Shown: piece by piece, positions 1 through 8,968 of the stretch | How the letters are laid out: every line of letters begins with the position of its first letter | How positions within the stretch are numbered: position 1 is the first letter of the stretch | Virus record (IMG/VR): IMGVR_UViG_3300037264_002957 | Span: 1 to 54,088 of that record | Source: a virus | Taxonomy: Duplodnaviria; Caudoviricetes | Reading direction: 5' to 3' (one strand) | DNA: 54,088 bases | Position numbers and translations under genes: made by a program | The notes under the pieces: model-generated | The model's database searches: none | Seen by the model: the letters and a program-made list of their open reading frames with translations, nothing else | Told to the model about the DNA's origin: nothing

Positions 1-2
1 TC

Positions 3-251
3 GCGGAGTACGACCCGGAAACCGGCGACTGCTTCGGGCTGGTGGACGGCCACGAAGAAGAACTGGGCTACTTCAACCTCAACGAACTGGCCGAGGTTCG
101 CGGGGCACTCGGACTCCCGATTGAGCGGGACATCCACTGGACGCCGCGCCCGTTGGCTGAGTGCTATCGCGGCTTCGTGCGTGCCTCACGTCCGTCACCG
201 AACTCCACCATCCACGCGCTCAGTGACGTGAAGGAGGCCACCAATGGCTGA
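3..251 (+). CDS. DUF2958-like protein, 5'-truncated by window edge
   Basis: Open frame from base 3: AEYDPETGDCFGLVDGHEEELGYFNLNEL...IERDIHW, the FGLVDG..ELGYF.L.EL...IERD pattern recalled for DUF2958. Confidence 0.75.
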   Translation, partial: AEYDPETGDCFGLVDGHEEELGYFNLNELAEVRGALGLPIERDIHWTPRPLAECYRGFVRASRPSPNSTIHALSDVKEATNG

Positions 252-756
252 CTCTAACCCGCGCCGGAAACGCTGGTGGACCGTGCTGGGCCTGTGGGAA
301 TCCACGCAGGAGCAGTTCGTGGAGTATGTAAAGGCCAAGACGCCGCTTGCAGCCGCGATTCTCATGCGGCGGGAATACGGGCCGGATGACAACGACCTCG
401 ACATCAAAAGCGTTCACCCTGGCCGACTCAAGCCGTGCGTGCCAGATGAGGAATGGGAAGTCATCAACTCGAAACTCGTCTGCATGAACGCCGGAGCGGT
501 CACGGACTGCGAGGAACTCTACGACGATGGCGGCGACGGCTTCGACGGGTATTGCCCGACGTGCGCGGACCGGCTTGATGGCCTCACGCCGGGCGCTCGC
601 GTCCGGTGGACGGACCCGGACCCCATCGAGGGCCAGAAAACCAAAGACGGGGTAGTCGTCGCCGGACAACGAGATGACGATGTGTTGTCGGTGCGGTTCG
701 ATGACGGCGGCGAGGCGGACTGTTTCAGATCCGAACTGGAGGCACTCAATGGCTGA
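244..756 (+). CDS. hypothetical early protein (CxxC, C-terminal SH3-like stretch)
   Basis: SD aaggagg upstream; overlaps neighbours by 8 nt. Confidence 0.7.
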   Translation: MADSNPRRKRWWTVLGLWESTQEQFVEYVKAKTPLAAAILMRREYGPDDNDLDIKSVHPGRLKPCVPDEEWEVINSKLVCMNAGAVTDCEELYDDGGDGFDGYCPTCADRLDGLTPGARVRWTDPDPIEGQKTKDGVVVAGQRDDDVLSVRFDDGGEADCFRSELEALNG

Positions 757-1060
757 TCAACATCCTAGTCACCTAGATCCGATTGCGGCCATCGCCTTCG
801 TGCAGAGGGTGGCGAAACTCTACCTCGACCGGGAGATTATTGACGGCAGCGACCACCAGCACACTCAAACCAATGACGACGACGCCGAGGCGCTTGAGAG
901 CCTTATCACGATGGCTCGGGCGCTGACAGGCTTCGAGAACCGGCCGACTGGCGAGCATAAGGATTGCCGCTGTGTCGATTGCGTGGGCGAGGACACCCGA
1001 GAGCGCGGCGACGATGACGGCTCGACCTACGCCGATCCGCGCAACCCCGACGACGACTGA
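749..1060 (+). CDS. hypothetical acidic protein
   Basis: SD ggagg then ATG 749; coupled to previous ORF; terminator follows. Confidence 0.65.
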   Translation: MADQHPSHLDPIAAIAFVQRVAKLYLDREIIDGSDHQHTQTNDDDAEALESLITMARALTGFENRPTGEHKDCRCVDCVGEDTRERGDDDGSTYADPRNPDDD

Positions 1061-1080
1061 CCGGCCCCTGACGGCGGTCC

Positions 1081-1125
1081 AAGAGGCTCCACTGGATAAA
1101 GGGTCCGGTGGGGCCTTTTGCTTTT
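1081..1125 (+). terminator. intrinsic terminator
   Basis: aagaggctccactggat/gtccggtggggccttt hairpin followed by ttttgctttt. Confidence 0.7.
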
Positions 1126-1185
1126 TGGCGCGACCGGGCGTAGTATCTCCGTGGCGCATATCGCGCCTCGATTCAGGGGTGAATC

Positions 1186-1560
1186 ATGCCAGAGAACATC
1201 GTCATCAAACTCGCACTGCGAGGACCAGAGCAAGAGGTTTACCAAGCCATCGCGGAACTCAAGAGCAACATCCAGTACGACAACCTTGAGGTTGAAGTCT
1301 TGACCATTGACGACACCGACCGCGTGCTGACCGACGCGGGATTCCAACATCAAGACACGGGCGGCAACTGCACGGCGTTCGTGCGGACCGGCGAGAAGTT
1401 CGAGGACATCATCACACTGGAGGACGACCCGAACGCGCCGATCTACATCAGCGACGTTTGCATTCTCGGGCGTCGTCCGCTCGGAGACACCGGCGAATAC
1501 ACCGTCCTCGCCACGGGCACCGTCGAAGCCATCCTTGCACTCGATCCGGGGAGGCTGTGA
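1186..1560 (+). CDS. hypothetical protein
   Basis: SD aggggtg; TAGTAT -10-like box at about 1141. Confidence 0.7.
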   Translation: MPENIVIKLALRGPEQEVYQAIAELKSNIQYDNLEVEVLTIDDTDRVLTDAGFQHQDTGGNCTAFVRTGEKFEDIITLEDDPNAPIYISDVCILGRRPLGDTGEYTVLATGTVEAILALDPGRL

Positions 1561-1799
1561 TGGTTATTGAAATCGCGCACGCCTTCAAGTCCGGCGATCT
1601 GGTGAAGTTCAACGGCAACACGCGCATCTTCCACTACTCCGCTGGCGTTCGCTCGGCCATCAGCATCACGCCAAAAGGACGGCTCACGCTCGTGCCGACC
1701 GACCAACTCACGCCGCGCTTTTGCCACGACGAACGGCATGAAACACCCTGCCCACTGCCGTGCCAAGCGTGTGCGGAAGAATGCGGAGGTTCCCGATGA
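1560..1799 (+). CDS. hypothetical protein with C-terminal Cys cluster
   Basis: TGATG coupling, SD ggagg; CHDERHETPCPLPCQACAEEC. Confidence 0.65.
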   Translation: MVIEIAHAFKSGDLVKFNGNTRIFHYSAGVRSAISITPKGRLTLVPTDQLTPRFCHDERHETPCPLPCQACAEECGGSR

Positions 1800-2275
1800 G
1801 CGTCACCCTCAAGAGCATCGTCCACGCTCGGCGCATGAGCGAGGAAACAAACGCATTCACGGCGACGGTCTGCTGGAACGGCAAGCCGGTTGGGACCGCG
1901 AAGAACCACGGGACGGGCGGCTCGACCGACGTTTACATCAATCGTCACTACGGTCCTCCACTCCCTCCGCTCCTGCCGGTCATGGAGGCATGGGCAAAGT
2001 CGCAACCCCCTGTCGAAGTCGAAGGCTTTGACCCCCTGCCGATGAATCTCGAACTCTACATTGACGGCCTTGTTGAAGATGACCTTCGACGCAAGGACAA
2101 CCAACGGCTTTGCCGGGGCCATCTGGTGTGGAAGCTGACCAACCAGCGTGAAGGCGACTTCTGCTCCGTCAAAGTCACGCCGGAGAACCTCGACAAGGCA
2201 CGCGCCTATGCCGTCACGAAGTACGGCGAACAGATCGATTACTTTCTCAATGACCGGATTGGAGGCACGCGATGA
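1796..2275 (+). CDS. conserved phage early hypothetical protein (SEET..F.A...NG...N.G.GG family)
   Basis: ATGA overlap, SD ggagg; motif SEETNAFTATVCWNGKPVGTAKNHGTGG. Confidence 0.75.
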   Translation: MSVTLKSIVHARRMSEETNAFTATVCWNGKPVGTAKNHGTGGSTDVYINRHYGPPLPPLLPVMEAWAKSQPPVEVEGFDPLPMNLELYIDGLVEDDLRRKDNQRLCRGHLVWKLTNQREGDFCSVKVTPENLDKARAYAVTKYGEQIDYFLNDRIGGTR

Positions 2276-2538
2276 AAGCCATCGTGATTCTTCGGAGTGG
2301 CCGCGTCGATAGCGTCGTGCTCGTCAACGACGACGATGCCGCCGTGGCTCACAAGGCGTTACGCGAGGCGCGACCAGACGACCACACGGGCGTGTGGAGC
2401 ATCACGCCTGACACCCTGCCAGACACTCTGGCGGCGTTTCAGGAGGAGCGTGAGGAGTTTGAGCGGGAAACCGGCTGCGCCGTGGCCGACTGCCCGACGT
2501 GGCCCGGACCCAGCGACGGCAACGAAGGAGGACTGTGA
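2272..2538 (+). CDS. hypothetical protein
   Basis: SD ggagg, ATGA overlap. Confidence 0.7.
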   Translation: MKAIVILRSGRVDSVVLVNDDDAAVAHKALREARPDDHTGVWSITPDTLPDTLAAFQEEREEFERETGCAVADCPTWPGPSDGNEGGL

Positions 2539-2945
2539 TGAAGCTCGCAGTGAACAAAGCCAACGGCAGCGTTGTCTGGTGGGACGACCAGCGCACGATG
2601 CGCTTTCCAGACGGCGGCGTGATGTTCCTCGGCGTGATGTTCCTCGACGACAACGGGAACGACGTGCGCGAAGCTGACATCGTGTTCATTTGCGATGGCA
2701 ACTGCACGGAAACCCCGTGCCTGGAACTGCACGAATGCGAACTGTGCGACGTGGGCAGCGCCGTGAACCCCGACGTGACCAACTACTACGCACTATCCGA
2801 GGTTCCACAAGACCCGCTCTGGCTGTGTGACAAGCACTACAGCGCGAAGGCTGAACGCGCCGAGGAGTCACGTAACCGCGACTTCTACGGCGGCGACTCC
2901 CCGACCGAACAGCAAACAATGGAAGCCGCGAGGAGGCTCAAATGA
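2538..2945 (+). CDS. hypothetical Cys-rich (zinc-binding) protein
   Basis: SD ggagg, TGATG coupling; several CxxC/CxxH. Confidence 0.7.
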   Translation: MKLAVNKANGSVVWWDDQRTMRFPDGGVMFLGVMFLDDNGNDVREADIVFICDGNCTETPCLELHECELCDVGSAVNPDVTNYYALSEVPQDPLWLCDKHYSAKAERAEESRNRDFYGGDSPTEQQTMEAARRLK

Positions 2946-3370
2946 ACAACGCACAGCGACTTCAGGCGATTCTCGACCTCATCCACGACGGGACCGACTG
3001 GCGCGAAGAACTCGACTGCGCCGACGTGGTGCAGGACCTCACGGGGCTGATGGCTGGCTACCTCACCGGCGAGGACGAGCCAGACGCCGAGGACGAGGAA
3101 TCCCCGGAACAGGCCCACGCCGGACAGATCGCACGGGACGCCATCGCCTTCGATGAGGGCGTCACAGCCGGTGCAGACATGTATCACCGTGACCGGGCGG
3201 AACGCTCGTCATTCGCCTTCACGTTCCAACGGAAGGACGCGACACACTTTGCCGTGACCCGGTTCTACCTCAATCTTGGCGACGCGCTCGCTGACGTGCC
3301 GATGCTCTCGCGGGATTACTTCCCCGCCACGTTCGTGGAAGTCAAACCCTGCCCGGACCCACGCGGTTGA
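2942..3370 (+). CDS. hypothetical acidic protein
   Basis: SD aggagg, ATGA overlap. Confidence 0.7.
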   Translation: MNNAQRLQAILDLIHDGTDWREELDCADVVQDLTGLMAGYLTGEDEPDAEDEESPEQAHAGQIARDAIAFDEGVTAGADMYHRDRAERSSFAFTFQRKDATHFAVTRFYLNLGDALADVPMLSRDYFPATFVEVKPCPDPRG

Positions 3371-3396
3371 CAACCCTCACCCCCAAGGCGCAATAT
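3367..3396 (+). promoter_or_regulatory. sigma70-like promoter
   Basis: TTGACA-N18-CAATAT upstream of ORF 3435. Confidence 0.55.
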
Positions 3397-3434
3397 TCCA
3401 CCAGCGCATAACGCGCAACCTTGGGGGTGAACCG

Positions 3435-3854
3435 ATGGCACGCAAAGCAAGCACTACAACCGCAGAGACACGCGCACGACACGGCAGCCTCGTCTGTCCG
3501 CACTGCCTCAACAACCAGAAGCGTCAAGAGGCCGCGCAAGATGCGGTTGACCGCCACGTCTGGCGCACTGACGACAGCGGCGACCGCGAAACCAACCTGC
3601 AAGACCTCATCACCAACCTCATGCACTTGGCATTCCGTGATGGCTACGACTGGAACGACCTGACGCGCAAGGCGACGGCGAACTTCAACGTCGAGTACGG
3701 TCCCCGTTGTTGCCGGTGTTTCACCGGCACGCCGGACGCCATCGCCCAGCAGATAGTGGACGCCATTCGGGAGGCACGCGCAACCGACGCTTTCGATGCT
3801 GGCGTGAAACTCGGATCTGCGGCGTATCACCGCGCACAGAAAGCGAGGGCGTGA
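3435..3854 (+). CDS. hypothetical phage protein (DLITNLMHL helical motif)
   Basis: SD gggggtg, ATG 3435. Confidence 0.7.
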   Translation: MARKASTTTAETRARHGSLVCPHCLNNQKRQEAAQDAVDRHVWRTDDSGDRETNLQDLITNLMHLAFRDGYDWNDLTRKATANFNVEYGPRCCRCFTGTPDAIAQQIVDAIREARATDAFDAGVKLGSAAYHRAQKARA

Positions 3855-4060
3855 TGAGATGCGAAGATTACCCCTGCTGCGGCCACACGTCGGGCGATCC
3901 GTGCCCTGACCGCGACGCCCACGGCCGCATTGTGCCGCGCTGCTGCGAATGCAACCGGAAGCTCCCGAAAAATGCGCGTTCGTCAATCTGCTCACCCTGC
4001 CAAACTCGGCGGAACCGCATGATGGACGAATACGGGTATGACCCACAGGAGGACCGATGA
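3854..4060 (+). CDS. small Cys-rich protein (RCEDYPCCG motif)
   Basis: TGATG coupling; RCEDxPCCG plus CxxC pairs. Confidence 0.7.
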   Translation: MRCEDYPCCGHTSGDPCPDRDAHGRIVPRCCECNRKLPKNARSSICSPCQTRRNRMMDEYGYDPQEDR

Positions 4061-4335
4061 AAGCCATCTGGAGAGGCTCGCTCTGGACTCTCATGGGGCA
4101 CACCGAACGCATGGAATGGCTCGTCGTGGAATGGCCTAATGGCGGGCGCACATGGCACGTAGACGACGAAGATGGCGAAGTGCTGGCCGAACTGCTGGAC
4201 CAACTCCCCGACGATGCGCGGCTGTATCGCGTCAGCGGTCCTTGCACCATCACCACGGTGGAGGACATCACCAACGCCGGAGCCGAACGTCAGCACGCCC
4301 TCAACGAAACCCACCGCTCGGGAGACGGCCAGTGA
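4057..4335 (+). CDS. hypothetical protein
   Basis: SD aggagg, ATGA overlap. Confidence 0.7.
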   Translation: MKAIWRGSLWTLMGHTERMEWLVVEWPNGGRTWHVDDEDGEVLAELLDQLPDDARLYRVSGPCTITTVEDITNAGAERQHALNETHRSGDGQ

Positions 4336-4619
4336 CGATCATCTGGACCGCCATCGTTCCCGACCGCGCCGGGACATACAACGACGCCGAAACCGCCCTA
4401 CTCCGCGCCCAGCCCAGCTTGACGGCAGACACGCTCACCATGGCCGATATCTGCTGGCTGCAAACGTGGGCGGAAACCCGCGAGGATGACGCGGAACACA
4501 TTCTGCGCGCCTGTCGCGGCGTGCTCGAACACCCGCAACATCCAGACGTCTACAAGTGCCGGTTGCTGCTCGCGCAACTGCTGGCATCCCTGCGCGCCAA
4601 CCCGGTTAACCCTGCGTGA
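4332..4619 (+). CDS. hypothetical protein
   Basis: GTGA overlap, SD ggag. Confidence 0.6.
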   Translation: MTIIWTAIVPDRAGTYNDAETALLRAQPSLTADTLTMADICWLQTWAETREDDAEHILRACRGVLEHPQHPDVYKCRLLLAQLLASLRANPVNPA

Positions 4620-4967
4620 CTCCGATGACCACACCCGCACGCGGCCCTTGACCGAAATCCACGATTCGCGCCGGAATCTACCACTTTCTCTCTTATCCCT
4701 CCTCCTTCCCCCCAACTCTCCTGACTTCCCCGCGTGGTTTGTGACGCGCCGGCCCCGCATTGCCTCGGACGCCAACCGCGAACGCCGCGCCAACACTCAA
4801 CCAATCGCCCACGCCACGCGCCGCGCGCGCATGGCCTCACAACCCCCACGCCTCACGCGTCGCCTCCACGCCGCGCCTCACCCCTCACTCCGCAGCCATC
4901 AGGGGCGACACTCAGGAAAGTCAAAAAGTTCGTTGTTTCGTGTTCTTGCCCGGCAAATCCGCGCCGA

Positions 4968-4997
4968 TTGACTTCCGCCATTGTCCGCGCGTATATT
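4968..4997 (+). promoter_or_regulatory. sigma70-like promoter
   Basis: TTGACT-N18-TATATT upstream of SpoVG-like gene. Confidence 0.6.
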
Positions 4998-5035
4998 CTC
5001 CGTGGGCATAGTGCCCCACTCAAAGGAGACGCAAA

Positions 5036-5335
5036 ATGACAGTCAAGTTCGTGCTGAATGACAAGGGAGTCCCGGTAGGAAAGCTCGCGGATGCCGAACT
5101 GCACTTCGCCGGCGGACCGCTCGACGGACTGAAGCTCGTTGGCTTCGGTGTGTGGGAGCGGAAGCAAGGCGGACGGAACGTGACGTTTCCGGCGCGCCAG
5201 TATTTGCTGAACGGCGCGCGGTACTCGTATTCGCTGCTGCGGCCAATCATTGAGCAAAGTGCTCAGAACGCGCTCCGTGACCTCATCCTCGACAGCTACG
5301 CGGAGCACGAACGGGAACTCGCCATCGCGGTGTAG
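5036..5335 (+). CDS. SpoVG-like nucleic-acid-binding protein
   Basis: KLADAELHF..GPLDGLKLVGFGVWERK.GGRNVTFPARQY pattern; SD aaggag; own promoter and terminator. Confidence 0.75.
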   Translation: MTVKFVLNDKGVPVGKLADAELHFAGGPLDGLKLVGFGVWERKQGGRNVTFPARQYLLNGARYSYSLLRPIIEQSAQNALRDLILDSYAEHERELAIAV

Positions 5336-5354
5336 AGGGTCCAATCGGGGCACG

Positions 5355-5393
5355 AAGGGGGCCGGTCCGGGGGAACTCGGATCGGCCCTTTTT
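5355..5393 (+). terminator. intrinsic terminator
   Basis: gggccggtccg/cggatcggccc hairpin followed by TTTTT. Confidence 0.8.
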
Positions 5394-5491
5394 GCTTCTC
5401 AGAGGGGCGAAAGTGGCCTTCCCGTCTCAGTAAGACCCCCTCTAGGATGAAATAATCCGGCCCGGACGGGCTATGATACGACTTAAAGAGC

Positions 5492-5977
5492 GTGGCGGCA
5501 GTGGTTTACGGCTGTTTCGCCATACGTGACATAACGCGTATTATCGGACGTTTCGCACGGGAGACTCACATACCGATGGCCGGCGTTCCGTTCCTCCGCG
5601 CTAACTCCAAAGCACGCAGCTCGCTTCCGCCGTGGCTGGGCCGGCCGGCTGACCTGCCGATCGCCACGCTGCCACGCCGCAAGGTGGCTGACAACCTGTT
5701 CCGATTCGCTGGGCACGAGGACCGGCGGACCCGCTGGCGACATTCAAGGCTCGCTGCTGGCCTCTGTGGGCTGTGCGGCGCACCGAGGGGGGCTGAGAGA
5801 GGGGCGAAGCGCACGTGTGCGCGCTGCGGGGCACGGGAGAGCCGGAGAGTGGCCTTGGCACAGCAGTCGTTCCGGCGGCGGCGGCGCTGTCGGTGTGGGC
5901 GAGCGCCTCGACGCGGGATGGTGACGTGCCTGCCTTGCCTGCGACGCCGGCGGACCTGGCACACGAACGCCGGCTGA
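5492..5977 (+). CDS. Arg/Cys-rich putative zinc-finger protein
   Basis: CGLCG, CARCG, CRCG, CLPC motifs; TATGAT -10 box just upstream. Confidence 0.45.
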   Translation: MAAVVYGCFAIRDITRIIGRFARETHIPMAGVPFLRANSKARSSLPPWLGRPADLPIATLPRRKVADNLFRFAGHEDRRTRWRHSRLAAGLCGLCGAPRGAERGAKRTCARCGARESRRVALAQQSFRRRRRCRCGRAPRRGMVTCLPCLRRRRTWHTNAG

Positions 5978-6020
5978 CCCCCCCCCGCCCCACCCCCGCG
6001 GGCGCGGCCCCACCCCCCAC
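5978..6020. repeat. C-tract (G-quadruplex-capable on minus strand)
   Basis: ccccccccc g cccc a ccccc ... cccc a cccccc. Confidence 0.7.
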
Positions 6021-6286
6021 TTCAGGCCCTGGGCATTAGCGCGGACAACTTTGTCGAAATCCAAAAATTCTGGGGCAAAGTTTCCCGAATTTGGCAGCGT
6101 TAGCGCTTAGGGGACAAAGGAGTTAGGCGTGAAGTGTCACGGGATTTGGCAGGGGAGGTGACGCGGGAGGGTGGAAAAAAATCGCGGAGAGAGTGCTTGG
6201 CCCAGTGGATGGGAGGCGCGGCGGCGCGGATCGGGTTACTCCATCGGGTGAGGAGTTGATAGAACGCTGAGGGAATTTGCGAATTG

Positions 6287-6466
6287 CTAGGAACTTAGCA
6301 GGGTGTGATTGGCGCGTTCGATTTTGGGGGAGCACCAGCAGGTCAGACCGGGTTCGACGTGGGGTTTGAGGTCGTCGAGGGGGAGGACGTGGTATTGGCG
6401 TCGGCGCCGGTAGCGGACGAGTTCCCAGCGGTCTTCGAACTTGCGGTGGTCGGGGCGGTCGGTCAT
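6287..6466 (-). CDS. hypothetical protein (HVLPLDDL..H...CWC.P motif)
   Basis: Follows ORF 6468-6923 in same orientation. Confidence 0.55.
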   Translation of the reverse strand: MTDRPDHRKFEDRWELVRYRRRRQYHVLPLDDLKPHVEPGLTCWCSPKIERANHTLLSS

Positions 6467-6467
6467 G

Positions 6468-6923
6468 TCAGTTTTCGAAAACACCGTCTGAGTCACAGAC
6501 ACGCTGGAATTGGTCGGACGGCACTTCGATGACCGGCGAGAGGTCGTTGGCCGCTTGTGGCCGGTCGGTGCGCCCGCGGTAGTTGATTTTGTAGGCGTTG
6601 ACTGGGAGGGTGCCGATGCGCACGAACCAGATCCCGTCAGTGAAGGCCACGACATAGAAGCACGGCATCTGGAGACCGATTTCCCCTTGCATGAGGGAGA
6701 ACCATTTGTCGAGGTCGATGAGGACCGTAGTGAAGGCGTGACAGGTGCGGTCACGCCTGGTGCGAATCTCCACGAGCGCGTGGATCTTCTTGTCGCGCAT
6801 GAGGTAGACGTCGAAGGGGGAATAGGGGCCCATCTGGCCCCATTCGCAGCGCCAGGCTTTGGCGAGTCGGTCGGCCACGGTGTTTTGCCTGGCGACGTGC
6901 TTGGGCTCCTCGAGGACGGCCAT
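6468..6923 (-). CDS. PD-(D/E)xK superfamily nuclease-like protein
   Basis: PFD-x-VEIR motif (E-x-R instead of E-x-K) and YVVAFTDG strand; TGATG coupling with upstream ORF. Confidence 0.6.
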   Translation of the reverse strand: MAVLEEPKHVARQNTVADRLAKAWRCEWGQMGPYSPFDVYLMRDKKIHALVEIRTRRDRTCHAFTTVLIDLDKWFSLMQGEIGLQMPCFYVVAFTDGIWFVRIGTLPVNAYKINYRGRTDRPQAANDLSPVIEVPSDQFQRVCDSDGVFEN

Positions 6924-7174
6924 CAGTCGTTGACGAGGGCGTCGACACGGAAGCACATGCCGCCTTTTTCAATCACGTAGTCCGCGAGGCTTCGAACGAC
7001 GACGCCGTTGGCGGAGACGCGGGCGGCGAGTCTGGCGCCGGCGGGGAGTGGAAAGGCCTCGGCCTCCTGTTCGGCGCTCATGGGTTTGGTGTCTGGGTAG
7101 AGCTTGAGTAGCCGGGTATGGGTGTCCCTGGCGAGGTACTTGAGTTCAGAGAGGATCACGTCGTTTGTGGGCAT
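6923..7174 (-). CDS. hypothetical protein, probably leaderless
   Basis: TAGAAT 7 nt upstream of ATG. Confidence 0.65.
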   Translation of the reverse strand: MPTNDVILSELKYLARDTHTRLLKLYPDTKPMSAEQEAEAFPLPAGARLAARVSANGVVVRSLADYVIEKGGMCFRVDALVND

Positions 7175-7225
7175 GGCGAAGATTCTATACTGAGATATGT
7201 CGAAATGTGATATCTCTTATGCGCC

Positions 7226-7438
7226 GTGACGGACGATCCCCAGGACATCGAGCGGTGCGCGTCGTGCGGGAGCACGAACCGGATCGAGCATTCGTATGAA
7301 GTGGGTGGGACGCTGCAGCGCAGCGACTATTGCGGGGCGTGCGGGGCGACATGGGGGCGGAAGCGGGTGGCGGACGACCGTCAGGCGAAGGCGAAGCGGG
7401 CGGCGGCCGAGAAGGCGCGGAAGAAAGCCGAGGGGTGA
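7226..7438 (+). CDS. zinc-ribbon protein
   Basis: CASC...CGAC. Confidence 0.6.
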   Translation: MTDDPQDIERCASCGSTNRIEHSYEVGGTLQRSDYCGACGATWGRKRVADDRQAKAKRAAAEKARKKAEG

Positions 7439-7659
7439 TGTTCCCGTTTGATGTGCTTCAAGGGATGCTGCGCGGACAGACGGCGGCGCTGCAGTCCGGG
7501 GTGTCGGCGCTGCGCGGGTACGAACTCGCGGTCCAACAGCAGCGGGCGGCGCAGAACGCCTACGCGCAGATGTCGAACGACTTCGACCGGATATCCGGGA
7601 TGTACAACATCGGCATGGGCAACTGGACCGGCAGATCTTGGACATCTTCCAGACCATAG
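7438..7659 (+). CDS. hypothetical protein
   Basis: TGATG coupling. Confidence 0.45.
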   Translation: MFPFDVLQGMLRGQTAALQSGVSALRGYELAVQQQRAAQNAYAQMSNDFDRISGMYNIGMGNWTGRSWTSSRP

Positions 7660-8069
7660 GCCCACCGCAGGCCCAACAGGAGGTCGAGACCTGGGCGACT
7701 GTGGAGCGCGCGGCGATGTCGGACCCTGTTCTGCAGCGCATGGTGTTCCTGACTCAGGGCCCGCTCGGGATGTTCCGCGAGCAGGCGCTGATCCAGACGG
7801 TGCTGGCGCTGGTGCGTGACCGGCAGCGGTTGACGGATGAATTCTCGCACCGCCTGATGACGGCGCCGGCACCGGTGTTGGCGTTCGACCCGCGCGAGGT
7901 CGTGGGCGTGATCGCCAGACTTGGTAAGCGTATCGGTGGTCACGGGTACTGCTGGTGTGAATACGGGTTCCCGCCATCGCTCCGATCGGATCCCACGATG
8001 ACGTCCCACGCACCGGCGTGCCTCGAGGCTCGGGCGCTCCTCGCGCAGTTGGAGGCCTTCGGGAAATGA
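7638..8069 (+). CDS. hypothetical protein
   Basis: Fills operon, GC3-rich codon use. Confidence 0.55.
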   Translation: MDIFQTIGPPQAQQEVETWATVERAAMSDPVLQRMVFLTQGPLGMFREQALIQTVLALVRDRQRLTDEFSHRLMTAPAPVLAFDPREVVGVIARLGKRIGGHGYCWCEYGFPPSLRSDPTMTSHAPACLEARALLAQLEAFGK

Positions 8070-8386
8070 CGCTGCGCGACGTGTGGCCGCTCCAGGAGGA
8101 GCGGAACCGACTCCAGAACATGGCGTACGAGACGATCCGATTTCCGCCGGCGCCGTGGTGGGCTATCGGTCAGACCGGCCCGGACCCCACCTTGCGGACA
8201 CGTCGCCGCCGTCTTGGCCAGCGGAGCCTCAGAGCATACCTGCGCCGGGCGATGCCGATGCGGTCGCGGATGTGGAAGAACCGCTGGCATCGCGCGACGG
8301 TTCGAATCATCGTGGGTCCGTCGTATATGTCGCGCCGGCAGGAAGCGATCAATCAGATGGCGGAACTATTGGAGGGATATCTCTAG
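8066..8386 (+). CDS. hypothetical basic protein
   Basis: SD ggagg, ATGA overlap; C-terminal VGPSYMSRRQEAINQMAEL resembles the portal's VGPSFLSRRQEAVAQMGEL. Confidence 0.6.
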   Translation: MTLRDVWPLQEERNRLQNMAYETIRFPPAPWWAIGQTGPDPTLRTRRRRLGQRSLRAYLRRAMPMRSRMWKNRWHRATVRIIVGPSYMSRRQEAINQMAELLEGYL

Positions 8387-8883
8387 TGAACGACGACTTC
8401 AAACGTCAAGCTGATCAGATCGCGCACGACATCGTCGTCGGCGCAAACCGGTCCCTGGATGCGGCCTCGTTGGTGGTGCAAACCAACATGCAGGACGCCT
8501 ACGCCGCCGGCGTCGAGGCCGGCCGTCGCCAGATCGACACGGCCAGGGCGATGGAAGTATTACTACGGCTCCTCACGCATGATCGTCAGGCGGCGTTCAA
8601 TGAGGGGGCGGCGTCGGCTATTGACTCATTCGCGCACGTCGCTCTGTTGGCCTCGGAAGGTCTTAGTCCAGAGTCATCGGATCAGGTACGGCTCTTGGAG
8701 ATTTTGCGCGGACTTACGCGCATGACGGTGGGAAGGTCAATGCGGATCGTGGACCCAGACGCCTGTGTCGGAATCTTGGGCGTGCACTTGGCGTCGAAGG
8801 AAGAACTCGCGGCGTTCGAGCGTGTAACGGACATCTACCTCTCACGCCATAAAAGGCCTGACCCAGACTTGAGGAAACCATGA
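8386..8883 (+). CDS. hypothetical protein
   Basis: SD ggaggg then GTG 8386. Confidence 0.6.
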   Translation: MNDDFKRQADQIAHDIVVGANRSLDAASLVVQTNMQDAYAAGVEAGRRQIDTARAMEVLLRLLTHDRQAAFNEGAASAIDSFAHVALLASEGLSPESSDQVRLLEILRGLTRMTVGRSMRIVDPDACVGILGVHLASKEELAAFERVTDIYLSRHKRPDPDLRKP

Positions 8884-8968
8884 GGGACGCGTTCAGAATC
8901 AAGCTCGAGCGAGGCGCCGATGGCCAGGCGGTCGCAGTGGCGGCGCGGTTCGACTAGACCCGGACATC

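Noticed and set aside
4486-5039. ORFs in the C-rich region before the SpoVG-like gene
   Set aside because: Low-complexity Arg/Pro translations without SD; more likely non-coding
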